Shown piece after piece: positions 26,474 through 41,400 of a stretch of 64,000 nt of DNA. The stretch spans positions 12,896,001 to 12,960,000 of the forward strand of contig OZ260666.1 of the NCBI GenBank assembly GCA_965285935.1, given 5' to 3'. The stretch's first letter is position 1. Every line of letters begins with the position of its first letter. This DNA comes from Ophelia neglecta (taxonomy: Eukaryota). The notes below the pieces were generated by a model, which saw only the letters and a program-made list of their open reading frames with translations, searched no databases and was not told the origin of the DNA. Made by a program: the position numbers and the translations under genes.

Positions 26474-29400
26474 TGTTTGTTAATTACTATTATACAGTTT
26501 ATGAAAAAGGAGGTAAATGCAGGTTATTGATCTATATGCCTAGGTCTATATACTTATTATATATTAAATTTAAAGCTGACATGGTGTGCATTAAAATGGT
26601 AGTGACACCTGGTGTTCGCTTATGGTAGCAACCCAATGGGTATGACTTGAATTTATTGTCATGGTCCCTGGGTTAGAATGGGGCGGGGTGTGACTTTTTG
26701 TGTTTGAATGTGTGCGGGAGGTGGGAGGGGGGGGGGGTACAAAGTACAAAGGAATAAGTGCCCAGAAGAAGAGCTGGAAAACACCTTGTGTTTTATTAAT
26801 ACTGACTGAAGGTGGTTGGGATGCTGGTAGCGGTGATAGGTATGGCGGGGATGGGGGTGGGGGCTGGGTGGGGTGGAGAGTGGGGATGTTAGTGGGTACT
26901 TGAAGAGTTTTCGATGATTCATGGCGACGGATTAAAACAGGCTATCAATACAACTGAAAGGGTCGTGCGTATAGAAGAAGGGAAACAAAATGGTCAAAAA
27001 TCTCCGACGCAGGCATGTGCAATGATTTCTGGGTATATTGTTGTTTTAAATTATGAAGCTGGATATTGAGCTCTTTACATTCAGCTGAGTGTTCCTACTG
27101 CTTTCGGGTCTATCTATTGGTTCACTCTTGAATTACCTCAGTGAAGTTCTTTTTGTCGAGCACTAATTGGAATTAGAAGGCATAAAATGGGATTGGAGAT
27201 TATGGACGGGTGGCTTGGATATGTTGAAATAGGTCAGGATTACTAAATGACAGGGGACTAGCAGACGATGATAGGCTAATGCTTGCGGGTGTGAGGGGAA
27301 AAGGAAACTGCAAAATGAGTGGAATTGAAACAGATGGGTAGGATTCGGTAATGTTTTCGTCAGGAATACGGCGAATCTCAGGTCAGGCTGCATCTGTGAG
27401 TGCAAATGGCGCAATAAGTGCCCTTCATAGCTAGACAAGCATATTTAGACTATTTGGAAATGTTACTTATGGGTCACAAAACCATTTCCCTTCTTTCCCC
27501 TTTTTATAGGTCAGGATTACTAAATGACAGGTACACGTACTACATTTTTTCAATTAACTTCAGACTCTATATCAAGTTGGGTATTACAAGCAAGAGTCAA
27601 ATAATATTATATGTATAGTGAAAAATGGAAACTATGCGCAATTGAGCATTATATTCTAGTCAGTAGTATATTGCCACCCCTTAATAACCCTAATATTAGG
27701 CAATGTAGTATATCAAATATGGTTTTACAGTAAATATTGGTTATGGATATTTACTCTGCCCATCGGATTCGCCTGTTTGTGACTAAAAATGATATCTTCA
27801 TATATATGCGCCTCTATTTACATACGTGGTCTAAGGCCATTCATTGTTTACATGTAGAGAGCACGAAACACAGTGATGCTGATCAGCTGAGACCGATAGT
27901 TGATACAGTACCAATATTTGCAATCACCAGTTGAGTTTACCAGCTGAGCCAGGCCTGATGGATATGTAACACTTCCTCTGCCCTAATATACCCTGCATTG
28001 GCGAGGTTACCATTACAGCTTCGTACATGGTTCTCATAGTCAACAATGTTGAGAAAAAGCCTATCATTTGAAGCCGTCGACAAATGGACGTAATTTATGG
28101 AACATAAACACGTGTATCATGTAGTTCTGTTCCCATTTGACTCAGTAAGATTGAATTGTATTCATCAGTTGCAAAGATAAAACAATTAGTTTAAATGTGA
28201 CTTGTTTAAATTCTATTAATAGGCATATGATGAATCAATAAATGACCCAATCAATCAATTGATCGATCAATCCAATCAAACATGCCTTTGGGTAATTGAC
28301 GAGTTTCGCAAGCAAAAGGATGATCAGTCGCCGAAGTGAATTGGTCGATGATTTTCCCTAAGACTAAAAATGCTTGTGAGATTTGCAAATGGATATAACA
28401 TCGCTGCATATGGCGGTCTAATGGTACAAATCCGGCGTGAGCTATAACTACGCTTAAATCCGAAAATTAGTTCGTCGCACGTACACGATATTGCCGGGCG
28501 GCAATTATATATACCCCCGGGCGGTGATTATTTAAGCGTCAAGCGTAAACAATTCCTACGCCAATATCTACGCTCAAAGCATTAATTGCGGCTTTGTTTA
28601 TTTCAAACAGTACGATTATCCTATTGGCATCGTTTGTTTCCGATGCCCTGTAGGGCTTTTCACACAGCCCGGTGTCCGGAGTGTCGACCGTACGGTGCCT
28701 CCGGAAACCGAGTGCATCTCCACTTCTTCTACCCCTTCCTATCCATTAGGACATCAATTATGAATATTTTAAAGGCACCGGATGACCTAAACATATCCTA
28801 AAGTTTACAATGGCTTTTCTTAGACGCATCCTCGACTCGGGCCATGCTTACTTAGAGGGTGCCAAAAAAGTGATAAATATCTTAAAATATGCTGGTGGCT
28901 TAAAGCTCATCTGATTGCCATTTGGTCAAAGTTAAGACTCAAAGAGAAGTTCGAGTATGGAAAGGCAAACACAAACACTTGACATTCATCAATTAGTTGT
29001 CAGCTGCTTCGGCACACAAAAGCAAGGAACGTTCAGTTCATTTTTGCTTTTTATTCTTGTCATTGTTATCGGCTTGCGAAGTGTTTGGCGATGTAACATG
29101 GCATTAACTATATTCATACGTGGAAACAGGAGTTTAGACATAATATTTTCCTATGAAAACTGCTCCACATTGTTATAGCAATGTTTAACATGTCTCTAGT
29201 GAATGATTTCAATGAACAAAAGGAGGCCAGTGTCATAACATATCTACGAACTATATATACTATTCCAATGATATCAATTTACCTGCAATACTCACTCACA
29301 GTAAATCATATTTTTGGCTGTGGAATGTGAAATTTACTTAGTGATGTCATAAATCAATGGGACCTTACAAAATACGTCAAGAGTAGCTATGGCAACCAGC

Positions 29401-32400
29401 TTTGACACTGTAGTGCCCACAGATTTAGGTTAAGTGGCCGATCTATTTTTATATTTAGATAAAGAGCTACAAGCTGAACAAATTAGGAGGCAAGTTGATG
29501 CCTACACAAGGTTTATGTGCATTCTGTTAGAAAGTTAAATTAAATATCTCAGTGGTATGAAAGTATCTCCTTGCACGTGAGAGGGCAGACCAAATGTGGC
29601 GCAAAAAGTAGTCACAGCAGTTAAAAAGTTTCCCGTGTATTGTTAAGTCTTTTAATTTGTAATTTAATTTTTTTTAAATGAGACAGAGACAGATGTGTGT
29701 ATTGAAAATGTCAATCGGGAGGGTACAAATGGAATATTGGCTGTTGAGGGGTCAACAGCGTTATGTGGTTGCTGCACGTGGGTGGGGATGGGGAGGGCGC
29801 GACATTCAAAAGACAATTATGGATTCCTGAAGGGTTCACAAAGTTATATAATGTCGGAGAGCTGAATGGCTTGATGTCAAATCGGGGTAGTTCCGGGCAT
29901 ACAGTAGCAGTTCCCAGATAAGAGACTGGCCCGGAGCGATGCATCCGAAGTTCTTTATGTATCTATGTACATTCGTGATCACCTCAGAATAAAATATAGT
30001 CGGTAACTAACATTATAATCTTTAATAGACCTATTCTGGTGTCGTATGCCTCAGTCACGAAATCCAAAACTAAAATATAGCGCCTTAATATCACCATTCG
30101 TTCTGCATGTACCTCAGAATATTAGCAAATGTTATTTCTCTATAAAATGCCTCATTGACACAATTCAGTAAGTAATTACTAAGAAACGCAATCTATGGTA
30201 AAATAACTTTGATATAAAAGCGGCAGAGCTTCAGGAAAATCCCTGTTTGTTAATTATATTATACAGTTCATGAAAACGTCAGTAAATGCAGGTAATTGAT
30301 CTGTATGCCTAGGCCTATATACTTATTATATATTACTTTTAAAGATGACATGGTGTGCATTAAAATGGTAGTGACACCTGGTGTTCGCTTATGGTAGCAA
30401 CCCAATGGGTATGACTTGAAATTATTGTCATGGTCCCTGGGTTAGAATAGGGCGGGGTGTGAATGTGAATTAGGATGGGGGGGGGGGGGGGTAGGTACAA
30501 AGTACAAAGGAATAAGTGCCCAGAAGGAGAGCTGGAAAACACCTTGTGTTTTATTAATACTGACTGAAGGTGGCTGGGATGCTGGTAGTAATGATAGGTG
30601 TGGCGGGGATGGGAATAGGGGCTGGGTGGGATGGAGAGTGGAGATGTAACTGGGTACTTGAAGAGTTTTCGATGGCGACGGGTATGAGGAGAAAAGCAAG
30701 CTACAAAAGGAGGGGAATTGAAACAGATAGACAGGATTCGGCAATGATTTCATCAATGATGCGGCGAATTATCTTATATCTCAGACTGCTTTTATTGATG
30801 CATATGGTGCCATATGTGCTTTCATTGCTAGACAAGCATATTTAGACTATTTGGAAATATAATTTGGGTTCCTCCCCTTTTAAGTCTTTTTTAGAGCATA
30901 ACACAGTATTGCCGTCATATGGAGTAAAAGGAAAAGAAACCATGTTGATGAACACTTGAGCTGACTTTTCCCAACCACAATGAAGAGAAGAATATCAGAG
31001 AAGGTCCCTGGTTAACTCATGAAGAGGTTTAATTTTGGTTCTTTTGAAGCAGAAATAAGGTTTGTGAGTACACTAATATTGTTATTATTTGACTATTCAG
31101 TCCACGACAGCGAGATTTCATTGCCATATACCACATTAGTTTAATTCACTTCAGACTCGAATCTCGAATTGGATATTACAATCAAATGTAAATAGCACTA
31201 TATATGGATAGTGACAAATAAATGGAAACAAGGCGCTGTTGAAAATCAAATTCTAGTCAGTAGTTTATTTCCACTCACTAATAACCCTAATATCACACAA
31301 AGGAGTGTATCACTTATGGTTAAACAGTAATTAATGATTATACAAACAGGGGGGTAATAAGCTGGTAAAATTCCGGCCCCATATTGGATACAAAGGCATT
31401 GTTTCGAAGAACACGTCATTGACGCATATAATGAGTCAATAAATGATTCAATCGATCAATGCAATCAAAACCACCAGTCCAGTAATTGCAAGCAAAAGGG
31501 TCATCAATCGCCGAAGTGGGCATGTTCAATGATTTTTCCTAAAACTAGAAGGGTTTGTAATCATTGCAAACGTTTTAATTGGCGAATATGTTGGTCCTGG
31601 CCAAACTTCTTTTGAGGCCAAAAAATTACATTCCCACATTATATTCAGGTCACATGAACCGCAATTATGCTGTTATAAAATTAATCACCAGGGAGAATAG
31701 CTTGTTGCTATCCGAGTCGATGTCACGCACCATTTCTTATATCTTGTATTCATTCGTGTGATCATCGCTAAACAGTAGAGTATACATTTATTTGAAATAA
31801 CGTCATTAGTATCACGTTAAATGAATCTTCATGTCCAATATTGTATTATATTTATATTAATTCAGAATTTTAAGCGTATGCACAAGCTGCCTTATGCGCA
31901 ATAGATATTTTAGACTATCTATATGCTTCGAAATTTAGAGTGTTCGTACGAATTTCATCATACGTTTTTGTGTTTATTTGGCCATTGAAGGCCTATTTAT
32001 AAGCTAGATGTAATGATGTATGGGCCACATCATAACGGGGGTAAACTCGTGGCGGTGGAAGGAACTAGTAAACATGTCCGTACATGCACATTTGTAATCG
32101 ATGAAATGATTGCATATAAGATTTGTATCACAGGTCAACTATCTTCTGGGATGGTTGTCTGAATGTGAGCAGGTTAATGAGTGTGTGTAACAAATATGTA
32201 GGAAGTGGAGTGGGTAGGTGTTTTTTCTTGTGTGGTTAAATTGCAAAAGGCTTTAGGGTCTATGGAAGGCAGTAAATGTTTTAAAAAGAGGAGTTTGGGC
32301 TTTTGGGCTTGAGGTTATAAGTTATACGTTTGTGAGACTGGTACTTGTCGGTAGCACAGGTTTATAACCAGCAGCATGCAATTTTACCGAGAAAAAATTG

Positions 32401-35400
32401 TTTTCGAGTTTTAAATGGTAATTGGAAGGCATACTAAGGGATGGGGTTTATGGATGGGGCTGCTCGGTAATGTTGAACTATGGAAACGAGCCAATCAGGT
32501 TAAGGCTTCGGCAAAAACCGCATAGTTGGCGAGGAGGCATGCTCCGAGACACATGCACTTGATGGTAGGTTGATACGAAAAGCTAGGGCTCCATGTTTTT
32601 ACCATATTTGTAAACTATCAGACTATTTGTCTCCTTGGAGTTATCTCGATTCGTGGGCAATATAAGAAGAAATTAGCATTTCTTTCATTTTTTTCTCGAT
32701 TTTCGCTGCATAGAATAATTTTTAATATTAAATTGCGTGCTTGCCCTGTGTTGCGACGACTCAAAGCAAGGCTGCGTTTCACATTACTGGTTCCCATTCA
32801 AATGAAATAAACAACATAGAAATGTGTGTTTTGGGTCGGACAAGCGGTTACGAGGCTAAAGTTGACCCGGCTATAATTTGTCGACTTGGCGAAAGACATT
32901 TCAAGTGCTTGCTTCTTCACCTAGTTTTATTTTTCCTACAGAGCTCCACTTCCAAAAGATGCAAGTAGACTGTTAGCATTGTTTTCATGGGTTACTGGCT
33001 GGTTGCCAGTATTGTGATGAGCAGTCCTCACATCATGACCACAGCAAATACAGCATGATGATGGCATCCCTGATCCCTGATCAGTTTTTCTGGTATACAG
33101 ATTTGTTTTGTGATATGGTAGGCCAGCCCCCTAGTCCTGAAATCGGCACCCTTTTCGTTTATTCGAATTTCGTGGCCACCTGAGGGCGATGTCAAGAGCC
33201 ATTGTGAGAGGGGGAGGAGAGGGAGAAGTTCACTCAAATATTTCTTCTGGTATTTGGGTGCAGATTCTTAATTGCTAACCGAGTGCATTGTGATCTCGAC
33301 TACATTTTTTTAAAAAGACTTCTTGTTTAGGCTTCAAATGCAATGGTCCAAATTGCATATTGGAGGTGGAACACGCGGGCAAATTGTTGGGGAGGGGGAG
33401 GGGGGTCGGTGGAGGTGGATCAATGCCAGGCCAAAGTGGGATTTTGTAGACCTCTATCTTAAACATGGTGCACCTAGTCAGTTAAGAGCGCTGTTATACT
33501 GGATAATAGGCTATATCCGAGGCGCCGGGCCTATTGTCAAGACGTCGCCGAAATCTCCTGATATTGGTCGAGTTAGATGTACATCCTAATTTCGCCGTTA
33601 TGCTGTACCATATGACCCGATTTATTTTATTGCCGCCGGACAATTTCTCTCATGATAAACACGCCGCGTGGCAAGTTTAGTCTGTGCTAAAGCGCCTGCC
33701 TAGCAAAAGCTACCGCGCGGTAGCTTTGACATTGTTTACCTTTTACCCGCGGAAAACTTGGCATAGTTAATTTTTTAATTACGCCTTGCCATTAGGATCG
33801 CATGAGAACATTTTTAGAGTTCGTAGTAAACTGATCAATCAATGAAGCAATAGATCTATAGGCCTATTCCTAAAACAAGCATTGTGTAATATAGCCGCGA
33901 CAACAGACAATTCATCAGACTACTTATCAAGTTATTCTTGCAGAACACGGCTTGCAGAAAATGTTATAGCATTGAATAAAAAGATATTTTACCCTATTTC
34001 AACCTGGCTTGTGTGAATTCAAAACAAAATATTTCATTTTATATAAATGTGTTGGTAGCAAAGGAATATTATGGCTTATCACCTTTGATTAAAATAATAT
34101 TCAAATCGTGCGAATCAGTAGATATTCGCATAGGTTTTTCCTCATTATCAGGCACTTGAATAAAGTAAAGTGAATATTTTACATTCTAATGGTAATCGAT
34201 TATTGAAGTTGCAATCCATTAGAATAGTTGGTTGGAGTTATCACCCTCTTTTTTATTACATTCGATGATCATCTCATCCCTAATGTATCAAACTAAACGT
34301 TTTATCCAGGCGGTAAATTTTCTTTCACATTTACACGCTTACAGTTCTTGTAAACGCTACGAATGTTCGCCTGATAGCAGATAGCGGGCCTACCAACACC
34401 ATTCTCTGTGACTCCTGCAGCAGTAACGCTATATCTAGGCCGGGATCTAGGCGTAAAAGCTGCATATACCGGGCCTCAGGATCCCGAGACGGGAGAATAG
34501 ATTTGAACGATTTCATGGATATAACATCACAGACATTGGCGGGCTAATGGTACGAATTCGACGTGAGCTAAAACTACGCTTAAGTCCGCAAATTATTGCG
34601 TCGCACGTACACAATATTGCCGGGCGGCAAATATTTATACACCAAGCGGTGATTATTTTTTACGCCAAACGTAAACATTTCCTACGGCTGTCAATATCTA
34701 CGCTCCAAGCGTAAAAAACGGCAACATTTTATTTATAACAGTACGATTATCCTACTGGCACAGTTGCGATCCGATGCACGGTCGGACTTTTGTCACAGCA
34801 CGGTGTCCGGGGGGGTGATCGTACGGTGCCCCGGGGACTGAGTGCACCTCCCCCTCTCCTACCCCTCCCTATCCTTGAGGACATCAACTATCAATATCTT
34901 AAAGTCACCGGATGGCCTTAAGTGTCCTAGAGGCTTTTCTTAGACGTATCCTCGACTCGGGCCATGCTTACTTAGAGGGTGCCGAAGAATTGCTAAAATC
35001 TAAAAACATGCTGGTGGCTTAAATGCTAATCTGGCCATGTAACATGGCCATAAACTATATTCATACCTGGAAACAGGAGTTTAGACATAATATTTTACTA
35101 TGAAAACTGGTCCTCCTTGTTATAGCAATGTTAAACATGCCTCTAGTGAATGATTTCTAATAACAATGGAGGCCAGTGCTATATATGCGAACACCATATA
35201 CTACAGTATTTCACATTTTGTCCGTGGGATGTGAAATTTACTTATTGGTGTCATAAAGGATTGGGACCCTTACAACATATGTCAAGAGTGGCTATAGCAA
35301 CCAGCCATGACACTGTAGTAGCCACAGATCAGGTTAAGTGGCCGATCAATCTTTTTTGCGTGCACAAAACTTGACATTAATTGAGTTAGTACATGATAAT

Positions 35401-38400
35401 ACTTTACAGTGTATTAAGATAAAGAGCAACCAGCTGATCAAATTTGGGGGCAAATTTAATTTTTTTTTAAATGAGACAGAGACAGATGTGTGTATTGAAA
35501 ATGTTAATCGGGCGGGGACAAATGGAATATTGGCAGTTGAGGGGTTAAGAGCGTTATGTGCTTGCTGCTCGTGGGTGTGGATGGGGAGGGCGCGGCATTT
35601 GGAAGTGACGTCAAAAGAAAATTATTGATTCCTGAAAGGTTGACCAAGTTATATAATGTCAGAGAGCTCAATGGCGTGATGCCCCATCGGGGTAGTTTCG
35701 GGCATACAGTAGCAGTTACCAGATACAAGAATGGCCCGGAGCGATGCTTCCCAAGTTCTTTTTGTATCTATGTACATTTGTGATCACCTCAATAAAAAGT
35801 ATAGTCGGTAACTAACATTATAATATTTAATAGACCTATTCTCGTGTCGTGTGCCACAGTCACGAAATCCAAAACTTCAATACAGCGCCTTAAATTTACC
35901 ATTCCATCTGCATGTACCTCAAAACATTAGCAACTGTTATTTCTCTATAAAATGCCACATTAATACAATTCAGTAAGTAATTACTAAGATACGTAATTTC
36001 TGGTAGCATAAGTTTGAAATAAAAGCGGTAGAACTTCAGGAAAATCCCTGTTTTTTTATTACTATAATACAGTTCATGAAAACGAAGGTAAATGCAGGTT
36101 ATTGATATGTATGCCTAGGTCTATATACTTATTAGGCAAGAGCTGATATGGTGTGTAATAAAATGGTAGTGCCACCTGGTGTTCGCTTATGGTAGCAACA
36201 CAATGGGTATGACTCGATATGGTTGTCATTGATCCCAGGGTTAGAATGGGGCGGGGTATGACTGTGCGTGTTTGCATGTGTGCGGGGGGTGGGGGTGGGG
36301 GGCGGAAGGAATCAGTGCCCAGAAGAAGAGGGCTGGAAAGCACCTTATGTTTTATTGACACTGACTGAAGGTGGCTGGGTTGCTGGTAGTGGTAAAAGGT
36401 GTGGCGGGGATTGGGTGAGGGCTGTGTGAGGTGCAGAGTGGGGATGTAACTGGGTACTTGGTATAGATTTCGATGTTCCATGGCGACGGAGTTACAACAG
36501 GCTATCAATTGAACTTAAAGGGTCGTGCGTATAGAAGGGTAATACAATGGTCAACAATCTCCGACGCAGGCATGTGCAATGATTTCTGGGTACATTGTTT
36601 TAAATCATAAAGCTAGATACTGAGTTGTGTATTATCAGCTGAGTGTTCCTATTGCTTTCGGGCCTATGTATTGGTACATTCCTGAATTGCCTCAGTGAAG
36701 TTGCAGTTTTCTACTAGGCATTTTCTCCTGTTTTGTTGAGCTCTAATTGGGAATTGGAAGGCATGATAATGGATTAGAGTTTATGGATGGGTGACTTGAT
36801 AATGTTGAAATATGGAGACGAGCAGATCAGGATAACTAAATGACAGGGGACTAGCGGATGATGAAGCGCTAATGCTTGCGGGTATAAGGGAAAAAGAAAG
36901 CTGCAAAATGAGGGGAATTGAAACAGATGGGTAGGATACGGTAATGTTTTCGTCAGTAATACGGCGAATCTCAATGCTCGAGCTGCATTTATGTGTGCAT
37001 TAGGCGCAATAAGTACCCTTCATAGCTAGACAAGCATATTTAGACTATATGGAAATGTTATTTATGGGTCACAAAACCATTTTCCTTCATTCCCCTATTT
37101 TATTTACTCTATTTGAGAATCACCCAGTATTGCCATTATTTGTTGGAGTGTAAGGAGAAAGAAACCATGTTGATGAGCACACGTACTACATTTGTTTAAT
37201 TAACTTCAGGCTCAATATCAAATTGGGTATTACAAGCAAGAGTCAAATAGCATTATATGTATAGTGAAAAATGGAAACTAGGCGCAATTGAGCATTAAAT
37301 TCTAGTCAGTAGTATATTGCCACCCATTAATAACCCTAATATTAGGCAATGTAGTAAAGCAAATATGGTTTTACAGTAAATATTGGTTATGAATATTTAC
37401 TCTGCCCATCGGATTGGCCTGTTTGTGACTAGAAATGGTATTTCCATATATATATGCGCCTCTATTTACATACTTGGTCTAAGGCCATTCATTGCGGTTT
37501 AAGGCCATTCATTATTTACGTGTAGAGAGCACGAAACACAGTGATGCTGATCAGCTGAGACTGAGAGTTGATACAGTACCAATATTTGCAATCACCAGTT
37601 GAGTTTACAAGCTGAGCTAGGCTTGATTGATATTAAACACTTCCTCTGCCTTAATATACCCTGCATTGGCGAGGTCACCATTACAGCTTCTTACATTGTT
37701 GTCATAGTCAACAATGTGGAGAAAAAGCCTATCATTTCGAGCTGTCGACCAATGGACGTAATTTATGGAACATAAACACATGTACGATGTAGTTCTGTTC
37801 CCATTTGACTCAGTAAGATTGAATTGTATTATTGAGTTGCGAAGTTAAAACAGTTAGGTTTTAATGTGACTTCTTTAAATTATATTAATATTCATATGAC
37901 GAATCAATAAATGACCCAATCAATTGATCAATCCAATCAAAATGGCCGTTGAGTACTTGACGAGTTTCGCAAGCAAAAGTGTCATCAGTCGCCGAAGTGA
38001 ACATGCTCAATGATTTTCCCTAAGACAAAAAAAGCTTGTAAGAAAAAGGCTCCGCCACTCGGGCCATGCTTACTTAGTGCCGAAGAATTGCTAAATATCT
38101 TAAAAACATGCTGGTGGCTTAAGTGCTAATCTGATTGTCATTTGGTCAAAGTCAAGCCTCAAAGAGAAGTTGGAGTACGGAAATGCAAACACCAAAACTT
38201 GATATTATGCAGTTAATTGTCAGCGTCTTCGGCCCACAACAGATAGCAACGCTCGTGTCATGTTTGCTTTTTATTTTTGTTATTGTCATCAGCTTGCGAA
38301 GTGTTTGACGATGTAACATAGCAATATACTATATTCATACCTGGAAACAGGAGTTTAGATATAGTATTTTCCTATAAAAACTGCTCTACATCTTTATAGC

Positions 38401-41400
38401 AACGTTTAACATCCCTCTATTGAATGATTTCAAATATCAAAAGGAGGCCAGTGCCAAAACATATTTAAGGACACCATAAACTTTTTCCATGCTATCGATT
38501 TTTACCTGCAATGCTGACTCACAGTAAATCATAGTATGGCTGTGGGATATGAAATTTACTTATTGATGTCATAGATTAATGGGAGCCTTACAACATATGG
38601 CAACAGTAGCTATGGCAACCAGGCAATCTGTAGTGCCCACAGTCCAGGTTAAGTGGACGATCTGTCTTTTCTCGCTACACAAAACATGACAATAATTGCG
38701 TCAGTACATGTTAATGATTTACACTGTATTAAGATAAAGACCTACCAGCTGAACAAATGTGTGGGCAAGTTGATGTATATACAGTGTTACGAAAGTTCTT
38801 ATTGCACGTCAGAAGACAAACAAAATGTGGTGCAAGAGGAGTCAAAGTACTTAAACAGTGTCTCATATACTGTTCAGTCTTTTAATTTGTAAATAAAAGG
38901 CTTTAAGAGAGACAGAGACAGATTTCTAAATTAAACATGTAAATCGGATGAGGATAATCGGAAAGTTTTTGCTGCACGTGGGTGGAGATGGGGAGGGCGC
39001 AGCATTTCGAAGTGACGTGAAAGGGAAATTATGGATTCCTGGGGTTTGACCAAGTTATGTAATGTCAGCTTGATGCCGAATCGGGTGCTTTCAGGCAGAC
39101 AGTGGCAGTCACCACATAATAGACTGGCCCGGATCGACACATCCGAAGGTCTTCTTTTATCTATATACATACGTAATCACGCCAATGTAAAGTAAAGCAG
39201 GTAACTGTCCACATAATCTTTAATAGACGTTATTCCGGGGTCGTATGCCACAGTCACGAAATCCAAAACTTCAATACAGCGCTTTAAAGTTACCATTCCA
39301 TTTACATGTACATCAAAACATTAGAACTTTTTGGTTCTCTACATAAAACTTATTGGTATGATTCAGTAAGTATTTACTAACATATGTACTCTCTCGAAGC
39401 ATAACTCTGATATAAAAGTGCAAGCGCTTCAGGGACATCCCGGATTTTTGATTACTAATATATAATTCATGAAAACGGAGGTAAATGCAGGTCATTGATC
39501 TGTATGCAGAGGCCTAGATATAATTAAGCAAGAGCTCATATGGTGTGCAAAACTATGGTAGTGACATCTGGTGTTCGCTTTTCGTAGCAACCAAACGGGT
39601 GTGATTTGAACTTGTTGACATTGATCACAGGGTTGGAATTGGGCGGGGTGTGTACCGTTTGGTTCCGATGCCTGGTAGGACTTTTTACATAGTACGCTGT
39701 CCGGGGGGTGACCGTATGGTGCCTCCGGGACTGAGTGCACCTCCCCCTCTCCTACCCCTCCCTATCCGTGAGGACATCAAATATCAATATCTTAAAGTCA
39801 CCGGATGACCTTAAGATATCCTGAAGCTGACAATGCCTTTATTTAGACGTATCCGCGACTCCGGCCATGATTACTTAGAGGCTGCTGAAGAATTGCTACA
39901 AATCTTTAAAAATCTGGTGGCTTAAATGCCAAACTGAATGCCATTCGGTCAAAGTCAAGCCTCAAACAGAAGTTATAGTATGGAAAGGCTTTACATTTAT
40001 CAATTAATTGTCAGCGGCTTCGGCCAACAAGAGCTAGGAACGTTCGGGTCATGTTTAATATTAATTCTTATCATTGTTGCCGGCTTGCGAAGTGTTTGTC
40101 GATGTAACATGGCCATGGACTATATTCATACCTATGGAAACAGGAGTAATAGACATAATAGTTTCCTATGAAAACTGCTCCTTCTTTTTATAGCAACGTT
40201 TACCATCCCTCTATTGATTGATTTCAAATAACAAAAGGATTCCAGTGCAATAACATATTTACGAACACCTTATACTACAGTACTTCCATTATATCAATTT
40301 TACCTGCAATGCTGGTTCACAGTAAATCATATTATGGCTGTGGGATGTAAAATTTACTTATTTATTTCATAAATCAATGGGACCCTTACAATATATGTCA
40401 ACAGTAGCTATGGCAACCAGCCTCGACACTGAAGTGGCCACAGATCAGGTTAAGTGGCCGATCTATCTTCTTTGAGTACACAAAACATGACAATAATTGC
40501 GTCAGTACATGATAATGCTTTACACTGTATTAAGATAAAGGGCTACCAGCTGATCAAATAAGGAGGCAAGTGTATGCCTACACAATGTTTATATGCAAGA
40601 AAGGAAGGTACAAGTTAAATTAAATATCTCAGTGGCACGAAAGTCTCTCATTGCACGTGAGAGGGCAGACAAAATCTGGCGCAAAAGGAGTCAAATAGTT
40701 TCCCTTATACTGTTTAGTATTTTAATTTGTAAATTGAAATCTTTGACAGGGAAAGAGACAGATTTGTGTATTGAAAATGTCAATCGGGCGGGGTAGATGA
40801 TACATTGGCTGTTGAGTGATGAATAGTGTTATGTGATTGCTGCACGTGGGTGGGGACGGGAAGGGCAAGGCATTTTGAAGTGACGTCAAAAGAAAATACT
40901 GGATTCCTGAAGGGTTGACCAAATTATATAATGTCAGAGAGCTCAATTGCTTGATGCCCTATCGGGGTAGTTTCGGGCATACAGTAGCAGTTACCAGATA
41001 AAGGACTGGCCTGAAGCGATGCAGAAGTTCTTTCTGTATCTATGTACATTCGTGCTCACCTCAGTATAAAGTATAGTCGGTAACTAACAATATAATATTT
41101 AATAGACCTATTCTACTGTCGTCTGCCACAGTTACGAAATCCAAAACTAAAATACAGCAACTTAAAATAACCATTCTATCTGCATGTACCTCAAAACATA
41201 TTTCTCTATAAAATGCCTCATTGACAAATTTCAGTAAGTAATTACTAAGTAATCTCTGGTAGCATAACTTTGATATAAAAGAGGTAGAGCTTCAGGAAAA
41301 TCCCTGTTTGTTTATTACTATTATAGAGTTCATGAAAACTGAGGTAAATGCAGGTTAGTTATATGTATGCCTAGGCCTATATACTTATTACATATTAATT

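Noticed and set aside
28920-29030. Minus-strand CLPFHT resembling the pogo/Tigger DDE motif CLPPHTxxxLQPLD
   Set aside because: The LQPLD and upstream DGHxSH motifs are absent and the frame has stops; probably chance.
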